NCBI RefSeq assembly: GCF_031769215.1
Contig: NW_026782874.1
Location: 496,001-560,000 of the forward strand
Length of the DNA: 64,000 nt
Direction of reading: 5' to 3'
From: Ylistrum balloti
Lineage: Eukaryota
Shown here in pieces: positions 25,000 to 36,659 of the stretch (positions are counted from its first letter, which is position 1; every line of letters starts with the position of its first letter). The position numbers were made by a program, and so were the translations under genes. The notes beneath the pieces were generated by a model, which ran no database searches, was not told the DNA's origin, and was given only the letters and a program-made list of their open reading frames with translations.

Positions 25000-27900
25000 C
25001 TATTAATATATATAAGGAATGTATTGAAGTGGTGACTGCTTTTAACAGAGACACCTTTTACGATGTGCATTGAAAAGTAAATCTTCAAGGTTTTCGTTGA
25101 TGACACATATTATCTGCCATACGTCATTGGTAACTAGCATTCCATCCAGCAAACTATATCGTTGTCCATGTTATTCCGCTTATTCCTTTCTTAATTACAT
25201 TTCAATGAAGGAAATTAGGATTTAATTCAGCCTCACTCTTATATTGAATACTGATAGCCTCACCGCCAGTCATACACTTACATGGTCTGATGTTGTTTCC
25301 TTCCTCTACAGTGATGTTAAAGTTCCCGGCACAAGTCTTTGTGGGATAAGTGGACATAACTGCCAAAGCCACTGACCGGTTACCACGGACATAAAACGAC
25401 TGTCCAGCGTTGATGTCGGCAATTTTGTAGAACTCATTCAATACGGGACTTGGATTTGCTGACGTCAGAGATCCAAACACGGACACAGTACCATCAGTAG
25501 GGGTGACCTAAGATAAAATTATTTCCAAGATTATGAAAATTCACCATTTGCATGACATTTTAATATTTAGCTATTGTCTTCGTTATTCATCTCGACATTT
25601 ATTTTATTGCGCTATGATATGCAATGTATTTAGAATGTAAATATTGTAACGTAGTAATTGTATCAGTAGAATTTACCTGGGACAGTGTTGTAATGATCTG
25701 AATAATCAAAGACAATTACAGACATAACAGTTGATCATGCTGTAATGTTTGGTCCTATTAGGACGATGACAGGTATCATAACGTTAAACGTTGTTCCTGT
25801 TGTTACTTTTGCCTCTAAATGAACAATGATCAATTTCCTATCGTTACAGTTGATGTCATTATGCTTGGTTCTATACGGACAATAACTGGTATCCTGCAGT
25901 TACAGTTGTTCCTCATGCTATGTTTAGTACTATAAAGACAATATCTGTCTATTTACTGTGAACCAACAGGACAACAACCGGTGGCCTATCGCGACGTTAA
26001 TCCTTCTGTATTGTTTTGTGCCATTAGTACAATAACCCGTGATTTACCGCGACAGTGATTCCTGGTGTATTGTTTTGTGCCATTAGTACAATAACCGGTG
26101 GCCTATCGCGACAGTGATTCCTGGTGTATTGTTTTGTGCCATTAGTACAATAACCGGTGGCCTATCGCGACAGTGATTCCTGGTGTATTGTTTTGTGCCA
26201 TTAGCACAATAACCCGTGATTTACCGTGACAGTGATTCCTGGTGTATTGTTTTGTGTGGTTAGGACAATAACTGGTGGCCTATCGCGACAGTGATTCCTG
26301 ATGTATTGTTTTGTGCCATTAGGACAATAACCCGTGACCTACCGTGACAGTGGTCCCTGCTGTAACGTTGGGTAGGATCTGTACGTTGATGTCACTGCCA
26401 CAGTTATACTGGTAGTTGTTTGGAGTCAAAATAGCAGCAGCTTTAACATTAGAACATTTAAAGTGAAAGTATCAATCATTATTTGGAATAATTTGAAATT
26501 TCGGGTTTAAGAATGTATTCATTTGTCAATCACTTTGCACAAATTATTTTCATTTTTGCGCTTCCGTTTTTTATTATGATAATCTTACTATCAATATCCG
26601 TCATGTCGTGGCCTTTTCATTTTGTCATGTTACGTAAAGTAATGCCTTGTTCTAGTCGTGTCATAGCGATAACGATTTCAGTTCCGAGAGGATTTGATCT
26701 AACGTTTTAGACAGGTACAGAGTGTCCAAACCAGTACATATTTCATTATTTTAAGGTCAAACTCATTATAACACTCCATGTTAAATTAGCAGCAACTTTT
26801 ATTTCAATCATCACAAGTTTCTTTGTCATTTATATCACATTATTTCTCTATGGATTTGATACAACATAAATAGGTTATCGTACTTTACGAGTTGGTCCGT
26901 ATTATATAATTAAAGCCAAGTCCATGGTAACCGTTACTTCCTATAGAGAGTTAAAGAAAAAAACGTATTGGAATGGAAGACTATCCCAAATTACCGACGT
27001 ATTCATTCATTCCTCTTCCTATCGATTAACTCAATGCACTAAGATATAGAATTCCAATCCACTCTACTTGTTATCTGTTTTGCCATATAATGTTAAATGC
27101 ATTTCAATTTTTTTCGAACTTTTCTACCACAGACATAACATTTCACAAATATTAATTCTAAACATATCACACTCATCATAAAAATTTTTCACATCATGCT
27201 GTCTTAGGGTGTTTAGTTAGAAAACCTGTTCATCTGATATTCAAGATATATTCCTATTTTCAGTAATCGTCATATAGTTCATTTTCACCGAGTTAATGTT
27301 TTTCTTACCTTTGCATGAAACACTCTGGATCTGAGTTTTTAGACTGTCTAGATCAGCGTAGCTGTTTAAGATCTGCGAGTGAGTACAGCTTGGACTACTT
27401 GCAATCCCGTCTAATTCGATCTGTAAGCAAGTGCGTTATGTATTAAAGAATAGTTCCAACTAAAACTACCGACGATGCTTTCTTCTTCCATATAATTAAT
27501 AATTTATTTAGTTAATTAGAACCATTGTCGATGCAGTACTATATACTGGGATAATTTCACCCCAGGTTATTTTCGCCAAAGTACCACACAGTCTCGCCTC
27601 GTGTTTATTTCGTCCCCGAGGATTATATAAAAAAAATTATACAAATGGAATATATTTTAAAGTCGCCTTTCTTGTTCCTTAGCGAAAAGGGCACAATTCA
27701 AATGGGGGCAAAATGCCCATGTAGAGTATATCATTTTTTATATACATACAACATACACTAAATTGAAATTCACACGTGCATATGATATATCGGAGAAAGA
27801 GATTTACTCTTATTATTCTTTTTTCACTTAATGTACTTTTTTCAAATACTACAACATGAAGTAAATAAAACCTTTCTATTCCATATAAACATGTTACCAA

Positions 27901-30900
27901 AGAGGTTAAAACATGTTACCAAAGATGTTAAGAATCGTCTACCTTGTTGACATACTGTGTGACTCCCAGCGTAAATATGGTAATACCACTCAGCCTGGCG
28001 TTGTTAGCAGCATTCAGTGTGTTTACCGTATTTTCTGATCGACCATCAGTGATCAAAATCATAACCTGTATAAGAATATCAGTATACAATATTCAGAGAA
28101 ACCTATATTTTCCTGATTTGTTTTATCACAGACATTGATTATATGTTATTTTTCAATTCTTTCTAAAAACCAACACTTCATTTTCTCTTCGTCTTTTGAC
28201 ATCTCTTCTTACTATAGTTGTACCGTTATAGTGAAATATGTCTTACAGCGATGATAGTCAATGTATTAGAAACATACTGCAGGACAATGTATTCCTTGCA
28301 TTATGTTTGATTTAAGCTAAGACACTTCTTCATATATATATATAATTAATATCGCCAAGTATATGCTTTCATTCCGCTGACAGGGTTGGCAGTGATGTGA
28401 GAAAACATATTACAAATGCTGTATTGCTTCTGAACGTGATATGATAAGGGAAAGAATTATATGGAGGGAAAATCGGGGGTTTTTTCTCTTTTTTTTTTTT
28501 TTTTTGTAAAACATGTCCTCTATCAGTTAAGTCTACTTGTAAGCTTTTTGGTTGTTGGAGTTGAATTAAATTTCCTATAAAACATCAAGAAAATACCAAT
28601 ATGTCAACATAATCATGATGTAAAATCAGTTCCATTATAACTAAGACAGAACAATAAAAAAGAGGATTTCTTTTTTTTCCCTTTCTTCGAGATTATTAAA
28701 AGTCGTCAGAAGGATCAGATTGTAATATTCTGGTATGAGATACTACCTTGGCCGCACCATTCCGTGCACCGTTGACTGTTGCGAAGACTTCATTAACGGT
28801 TTTATCAATGGCGGCAGCAGTGTTGGTACCGCCTGGGCTGTATATAATACCATCTACCGCCTTCTTCACTGCATCTTTTGTGTCGAATTGGTTCAGCAGG
28901 AACGAGGCCGAAACAGCTGTACTAAATTCCACCACGGCCACACGAGCAGTCTGTGGTCCGATATCAAACTGGTCGACTACATCCTTTACAAATTGCTTTG
29001 TGATATCAAAATCGGATGGAGAAAGACTTGCTGAGCTGTCCACAACAAAAACCAAGTCAATAGCATTGGTGCTGCGGCATCCTAGAAATAAGATAAAACA
29101 TGTCATTACTTTTGTTTAGGAAAACGAAGATTTGATAAATATTTGAAACTTATTACATACAAAAATGCCTATATATAAACTAATTTCATTATGATGTCAT
29201 TTGCTTACGTAACGGACTGTCTACGGTCTCTTGGTTAAAAGATATGCCTGTTACGCTGGTTTACTTGGTGACTCTTTTGTTGTTAATCGTGTCGTTGTTT
29301 GGGAACGTGATATTATTTACTAGGATTTAACAAGATTTACTTAACGATGACGTTGATTACGGAAATGAAGCTAACTCATATTCTCATCCATTTTTCAAAA
29401 TCATTGTAAATCTTCTTTTGGCAATATTTTGTCTCCATTTCATCGATTTCGATTTTGAATTATGATCATGTTGGCATTTCTGCATTTATCAACTGATATC
29501 AAACAAGATAATAAAAATGGTTGTAATGGTATGCAGAGGTAGTATGGCACAGCTATGCCTCGGAAAAATAAATTACACATATGTATCGAATCTTGTTTGT
29601 TTTTTTTGTTAAAAAAGAGTGACTGATAGCTTACCTCCTTGTAACTCATTGACTGCTTTGTAGTATTTGTTGGCGTCGAAAATAGTGTGTTTTGTGGTGT
29701 TAATCCAGAAAGAACTCTGTTTTTCTACGGAACTGGGGAGGACACCCGATCCAGACTTGAGAAGCGTATAGAGAGCGGCGGCCACACCAGAATACAGAGG
29801 TTTTCTTAAGTCTTCCCATTTAGCTGATGACCAATCGATTGTCAATGTGTTCCTAAGGAGAGCTCTGGCTGTGGCCAACATTACAGCTGACTGTGTCTGT
29901 TTAAACTGGTCCTCATCAATCTGTTAAAATATATATAAACATGAAAAAGAAAGAAAGCAAACAATGAAGGACTTAAAGATAGAAATAGAAAAATTGATAA
30001 GAAAAGGAAAGAACGAAATCTGAAAGACATTTGTCCGTTTTGCTAATGTTTCTATTGAATCGCTGTAAAAGAAAGAAATGAGGTAAAACTATTTAAATTT
30101 TAGTGTCTTGTTCGAATCTGAGAGTTATCCATTCTTTGAGGAGAATGAGTAAACTGAAAGAAAATGCACCGGCTGATAGTTACTTTCATTCTCAATGAAT
30201 GTATAGCAACATCAATACTTTTATTTCGTTTTGAGTAATATGTCGTTAAAAAATTCCAAACGGAAATGGACTTTCACGTGCTACCGTGTTACTGTCTAAG
30301 GTCTGCGGTAAATGGACTTCCACGTGTTACTGTCTAAGGTCTGCGGTAAATGGACTTCCACGTGTTACTGTCTAAAGTCTACGGTAAATGGACTTCCACG
30401 TGTTACTGTCTAAAGTCTACGATAAATGGACTTCCACGTGTTACTGTCTAAAGTCTACGGTAAATGGACTTCCACATGTCACTGTCTGAGGTCTACGGTA
30501 AATGGACTTCCATGTGTTACTGTCTGAGGTCTACGGTGAATGGGCTTCCACGTGTTACTGTCTAAGGTCTACGATAAATGGACTTCCACGTGTTACTGTC
30601 TAAAGTCTACGGTAAATGGACTTCCACATGTCACTGTCTAAGGTCTACGGTAAATGGACTTCCATGTGTCACTGTCTGAGGTCTACGGTAAATGGACTTC
30701 CACGTGTCACTGTCTGAGGTCTACGGTAAATGGACTTCCACGTGTTACTGTCTGAGGTCTACGGTAAATGGACTTCCACGTGTTACTGTCTAAAGTCTAC
30801 GGTAAATGGACTTCCACGTGTCACTGTCTGAGGTCTACGGTAAATGGACTTCCACGTGTCACTGTCTGAGGTCTACGGTAAATGGACTTCCACGTGTCAC

Positions 30901-32727
30901 TGTCTGAGGTCTACGGTAAATGGACTTCCACGTGTTACTGTCTAAAGTCTACGGTAAATGGACTTCCACGTGTCACTGTCTGAGGTCTACGGTAAATGGA
31001 CTTCCACGTGTCACTGTCTGAGGTCTACGGTAAATGGACTTCCACGTGTCACTGTCTGAGGTCTACGGTAAATGGACTTCCACGTGTTACTGTCTAAAGT
31101 CTACGGTAAATGGACTTCCACGTGTCACTGTCTGAGGTCTACGGTAAATGGACTTCCACGTGTCACTGTCTGAGGTCTACGGTAAATGGACTTCCACGTG
31201 TTATTGTATAAAGTCTACAGTAAATGGACTTCCACGTGTTACTGTCTAAAGTCTACGGTAAATGGACTTCCACGTGTTACTGTCTAAGGTCTACGGTAAA
31301 TGGACTTCCACGTGTTACTGTCTAAGGTCTACGATAAATGGACTTCCACGTGTTACTGTCTAAGGTCTACGGTAAATGGACTTCCACGTGTTACTGTCTA
31401 AGGTCTACGGTAAATGGACTTCCACGTGTCACTCTCTAAGGTCTACGGTAAATGGACTTCCACGTGTTACTGTCTGAGGTCTACGGTAAATGGACTTCCA
31501 CGTGTTACTGTCTAAGGTCTAAGCATGGCACTGAACATTTTGAGACGAGTTGTGTGGCACTCTTGGTCATTGTATAGATTACACAACGTAACGTAAGGAT
31601 TGCTTGCCTGAAACTCGTAGCCGAACGAGAAAATACCTATATGTGAGCATAATCTCATAAACCAAACTCAAATTCAATAAAACTAGGGCAATATATGAAC
31701 AAAGAAAATAATATCACGGAGACTGCAGAAAGAGTGCAATTAGAATAAGACCTGCATCTCTTGAAACCCCGTGTCAGTCAGCTGATGACATCTTTCATGA
31801 AATGCTGGCACCATTCCGCATGGTAGAAGTATGAAATTGGGCTTTACAGCTATTGCACGTCCATAAGTACAATTCTAGTTAGTGTTAAATCAAAAGGTTA
31901 TTGATCAGCGATACTCCACTGTAACTGCCTTGTTGAAATAATTGTTTAAACAGTTACATTTGCTATCATTGGTATCAGATAGGATGGTACAAAATGGAAC
32001 ACATCTTAATGTCTTTCTAGGGTTAGGTATATGTACGCTGGTAAGATATGGTAATATAGCGCAAGAACGTCTCTTAAGCTCGATCGATTGAGCATCAGAC
32101 GTGTAAGCAAGGGGTCTCGGGTTCGAATCCTAGCGTAGGCATTGAAATAAATATTGAGGCAAATAATTATTTAAACTATATGATACAGTTGTTTTGTCCT
32201 TCTAGAACTCGTTAGTGATGCTTAGGGTGTACATTTTGAAGCCAATCAGGCGATTGAGAAAAATCCAAAGTGATCGAAAGAAAAGTCAACATCTAGACGG
32301 TGAGGTATACTAGCCCAACAATTCATAATTCAATAAGTTTCGTTTTTACATGTTTTATAAATAGTATTTTTCTATTGATGAAACATGCTAGATTTGAACT
32401 TTACATTTCCAAAACGCAGCAAAGGGATATATATCTGTAATATATACAGTAAATGTCATTTCCATCCTGTGACGGCTAACTCACCTGCCATATTCCACCA
32501 TTGTAGCCTACTCTGTAGGTATCGTTTGCTGTGCCGTCCTGGGACTCGACGTAAGCCAACCTGCGAAGATACAGTCTGTCGTTGGGGAATATGCAAGATT
32601 CATGGATGAGGTTGATGACAGCCTCTACCACGGCAGAACCGCTTGCTCCAGGGACTCGTGTTTGATCCTGCATCTGGCCACTACACAGATACGCCAGTCC
32701 CAAAATCAAAAATGTTCTTGAAATCAT
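22546..32727 (-). CDS. Gene B: secreted lysozyme-like domain (catalytic-type Glu retained) + VWA + beta-rich domain + 3 chitin-binding-type repeats, paralog of gene A, 9 exons, 726 aa
   Basis: Exons 32727-32485, 29920-29635, 29081-28747, 28065-27943, 27420-27309, 26440-26343, 25507-25282, 23735-23637, 23204-22546. All are GT-AG and in phase, total 2181 nt. Signal peptide MISRTFLILGLAYLCSG. VWA has DLVFVVDSSAS, GGTNT and LITDG. It shares LRRLAYV(E/Q)S.DG, GGIWQ, DLRKPLYSG.AAALY and SP.SCTH with gene A. AATAAA at 22282-22277. Confidence 0.9.
23920..24790. repeat. 42-bp minisatellite, about 20 copies, in gene B intron 7
   Basis: Unit TATGACACATATAAAGCTGTATCTAACTTCTAGATATGTAAC. It produces the repetitive 291-aa ORF (YVTMTHIKLYLTSR)n. 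Confidence 0.97.
24964..24994. repeat. (TA)n microsatellite
   Basis: Direct TA run. Confidence 0.9.
25968..26360. repeat. 59-bp minisatellite (about 6.5 copies) overlapping the 3' end and splice donor of gene B exon 6
   Basis: Successive 60-nt lines repeat with a 1-nt shift (period 59). The last unit overlaps exon bases 26343-26360. Confidence 0.93.
30261..31521. repeat. 38-bp minisatellite, about 33 copies, in gene B intron 1
   Basis: Unit CGGTAAATGGACTTCCACGTGTTACTGTCTAAGGTCTA (CGGTAAA at 30306 and 30344). Confidence 0.97.
32069..32141 (+). pseudogene. Degenerate tRNA-like sequence (tRNA pseudogene or SINE head, Thr-UGU-like)
   Basis: A-box-like AGCTCGATCGATTGAGC, B-box GGTTCGAATCC at 32120-32130 and TGT at the anticodon position. 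The anticodon and acceptor stems do not pair properly. Confidence 0.55.
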
Positions 32728-32872
32728 TATGAATTGTCTTTTCCAATTAAGATATGTTAAAAAAATAACTAATGAGAAAAAAAAACTCCTGCAATTTGGG
32801 AGAGGTGTTTGTAGGTATCGCCTCCCTCAGGTTCCTACGTGAGAGACGGAGGGTAGGGGCTGGATTTTCGTG

Positions 32873-32879
32873 TTATATA
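32873..32879 (-). promoter_or_regulatory. Candidate TATA box of gene B
   Basis: TATATAA on the minus strand about 150 nt upstream of the ATG. Supported by position only. Confidence 0.3.
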
Positions 32880-33363
32880 CCCGACATTCGGACAAGTCAA
32901 GACATTAACTTTCTACACATTAAATCCATTGTAATGTATCTTAAGTGTATTCTGTCAATCAGAAAAGATTTTTATCTCGTTACGCCTCTATCATAAACAA
33001 ACATTCCCCACCTATAACACTGGATAATATCCCATGATAACCTATGCAAATCAGATGGAGTCGTCAACTACACCGCAGTGCGGGAAATATTTCGATAGCC
33101 TAACTTATGGTGATTATTTGTTCTTTGATAGACCATAAGCCGGTATCTACGAAGACTGAGCACGTATTGCTGAACGCCCGTCACACTGTGGCGTCACTCC
33201 CAGTCATGTCGTGTTGTTAGTGCTGACTTTGGTGTGGTCTGGTCACATTAACCCTTCAGGCTAAACGGTGCCATCTCGTTATCTTAATGGACATTCAAAC
33301 TTTAAAATCTTATAATTAAAATAAGTAACTATTTGCCGTTGAATTTGTTCTCTAGAAGAATAA

Positions 33364-33366
33364 ATC

Positions 33367-33414
<48 letters not shown>
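33364..33414. repeat. (CAT)n microsatellite
   Basis: Direct trinucleotide run with one interruption. Confidence 0.95.
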
Positions 33415-36400
33415 TTTGAATTTGTATTTTTATCATTAAATTGTGTATGCTATTATTGGCAGACATATAAGTAAAACCTGGATATTAATTACATTTTCTT
33501 GGTTGTTTTTTTACCTAAGCATTGGAACTTAATCATGATTCTTTGGTAACAGATATTGATACCCACGTTAAATGAAATCACATTAAGCTGAAGAGATGAC
33601 AATTTTTCTTCATAAACATTCAAGACATTTTGTTGTGTTGTATCGACAGTAAAAATAAGTAAGTAAGCATTTCTAAGAATATTGATGTGTGAATCAAAGG
33701 GTTGAATGAAACAAACAAGTGAAATGTACATTTTGTAAAACATCCAAATTAGAAACAGTTACAAATCAAGAATTAATCAATCACGATCCTTCATACAGCT
33801 GTTTCCTCCTCCTGGATCCCGTCAGTGATGGTGAATGCCAAAAACTGAAACTTTAGAAACGGCAGAGGATTTTCTTATCATTTAAAAAGAATGATATTCA
33901 CGAATGGTGCGAATTTTTTTTTAAGTGTAAGTCATTTCACGTATAACTTATTTTTAATTGGATCTTCCGTCTCGAGGCTTTAATATCAGGGTTGCTATGG
34001 CTACTTTTGTGACACTGTATTTCATATTTCTAATAAGCAGTACGTAGAGATTCCATATAAATTAGTGTCGTTCAAACAAGGTGGTGAAAGCACCAGACAT
34101 TTTGCTACTCACACTTGCTGTTGACCGTTATGTGGACCGTTTTACATTCTTGGTGTTGTTTAAAGAGGCGTTTCATAATAACCTTACTGACTATATTTAA
34201 TTCCTGCTAGTGGACCTGTGGCACAGACAACTTACCACATCGTTATATCAATCCGAATATAACCCATATATCGTAGTTAGGTTTTCATTTTCTGTTATTG
34301 CCATTGCGTTAGGTTACTTGAAATATTTTGAATCAATAGAAGAAAATATTGACATCAATGAAAGTGCATCAATTCAATTTCTAGTTGAACTTGTCAGACC
34401 TTACTTTACATCTTCTCGTCAACAAACAGCTTTGATGATTTCGAAACACAACGCCATCCGGTATACGTCACCCAGGACAAACAAACTGAAAAATATCCGG
34501 CTTCTTAATCAACAGGGTAACTTTTCTAGTTAGCATTTGATAATGCAATGTAAACATTGGTTTTGAGGAGTCATAGGCTTATATCATTACCAAGGAAATA
34601 AAAGATTATTTCTTAACAACCTAATCTGTTGTAAACAATATACATCTTATGTAGATTAATCTCACCGCCACTGGCTACTTTTTTTCGATTTTGATTTTTT
34701 ATCACAATTAAATTGTTTTATTAATTCATCACGTGAGCAGGATTTTCTGTCGACGAGATGTAATTCAGGAATGCCGACACTCGCACAGGGACAACATTAC
34801 CCATCAGCCGTATTCCATTTGACTTTTGTAGCTCACAGAATAGTTCTACTGACAAGGTAATATAAACACGGTATACTATACAAGGTTTGATTTTGACGAC
34901 TTTGAAATGTTGATGTTTTCTTCTGGAAAGGAAAGTAGACTTTCAATAACAATCGCCCGGACCTTTCCGACACATGGAATGAAAAATTTTGTCATCTACA
35001 AAAAGTGAGTTCGTGTGACAGATTTTTTGTTAAAACTGCATGGGATTTTTTTCTAAATTCGGTCTATTTACATTGTCGGTTTATTTTCTAGATATTTGAA
35101 ATGAAGGTTTTCAATGTTCAATTACTTTCGATCCAAATCAAACATTTTTATACTCCTATTAGTGATGTTTAACAAGGAAGACCACTACACGTCCCAGTCA
35201 TTGAAACTAGGTAAGGAAAAGGCAATTAAAACACGTTCCCACGCACAAGAGCGTTACTATAGAAAAATGATAAAGTTATTGAGTCTGTGTAGTAGTTGCG
35301 ATCGTTATAAGTAATGTATACATTGTATACAACTAAAATTGATAAGCAGGAGAGCTGGTACAATAACAAATATCATGACATAGGCAAAACACGCGAACCT
35401 TGGTATGAAAGTTGACTCCCACAAATATTAGGATTAAAGACCATTTATTTCAGTATATGGCGTGTTTGTGTGGTAGATACTAAACACGCCCCAATCAAGT
35501 ATGGTTAAAGTAGGCAAACATAGTAGGGGTAATACTCAGCTCGGCCAATAATATATCGGTGCCAATCAAACGGATTAAACGTCTGGTATTGCTGTAGTTA
35601 TGTACGTTTAGAATATTGTCTTCAAGATAGCTCTATTACACTAATTAAAGATTCTCAGTCAGTAGAACACTAGGAAATGACATCGATCTGTAAAAAATAA
35701 TGAAAAATAGATAATGAATTATGACGTCGTGATTAATGATAATGTATACTAGCTAGGCAATATCACCTAGATGATAAATACTGTAAACCTACTAGGGTAA
35801 ATTAATATATCAATTATCTATTCGTATGTCAACTCTATGAAAGCCTTGGTGTTCCGTATATAACAATGATATACACTAATATAAACAAATATTTTTTAAA
35901 ATGTATACTGTACAACTATCAGTGTATAGAAAAAGGTATAGAATGATATACAGAAATATCAATAGATATTGAAAAAACAAATGTATACTAATATCAATAA
36001 TTTTAAGAAATATTTGTTTGGCCTCCATTTAGTCCTACTCATTTGTTACTGGAACCTCAAAATGTGTAACTTGTGTCACCCACGCAGGTTTTCATGTGAT
36101 ACACAATTCGTTACAACAGTCCACGGTCACGCTAAAACATTTTTCAAATGGACACAGAAAGCTTATGATATATATGTTCCTATGTGGGGGATGGGCGGGG
36201 GTTTCTTTCGGGGGAGGGGGTATTTTCAACGTGTATAATATGTATAACCGCCGCCTGTATGTAGGTTACTTATCAGGTATAAGTCGTGGAATACCTCCCT
36301 GGTAGAGCTGTTGTCTCGTGTTTTACTCGCACGATCTCTCAAATTAATCCAGATAAAGGTTTGAGCACACTTAAGGATGGTTATACCTTGAAACGAGCTT

Positions 36401-36659
36401 ATTATCTTCAATTCATAAGATAAAGGGCAATGGCCTTTTCAAGTTCCAATATTATTGTGTCAGCGAAATATGTACCCTATGTTAGTGTATTGTGTCAGCG
36501 AAATATGTACCCTATGTTAGTGTTAACTAAATGTAAATAAACAAATATTCATAATCTAATTTTGCCTTGGATGTTTCAGCCGTAAAAATCTATCTTCATC
36601 AACTTTTGTGATTATCTAAGACTAATTCTGGCGAAAAGTTCAAATTCATTACTACCTTA

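Noticed and set aside
25968-31521. CRISPR-like appearance of the regular repeats
   Set aside because: The units are contiguous with no unique spacers, the context is eukaryotic and there are no cas genes.
34210-34533. 107-aa plus-strand ORF
   Set aside because: No domain signature, GTG start, and no supporting exon structure.
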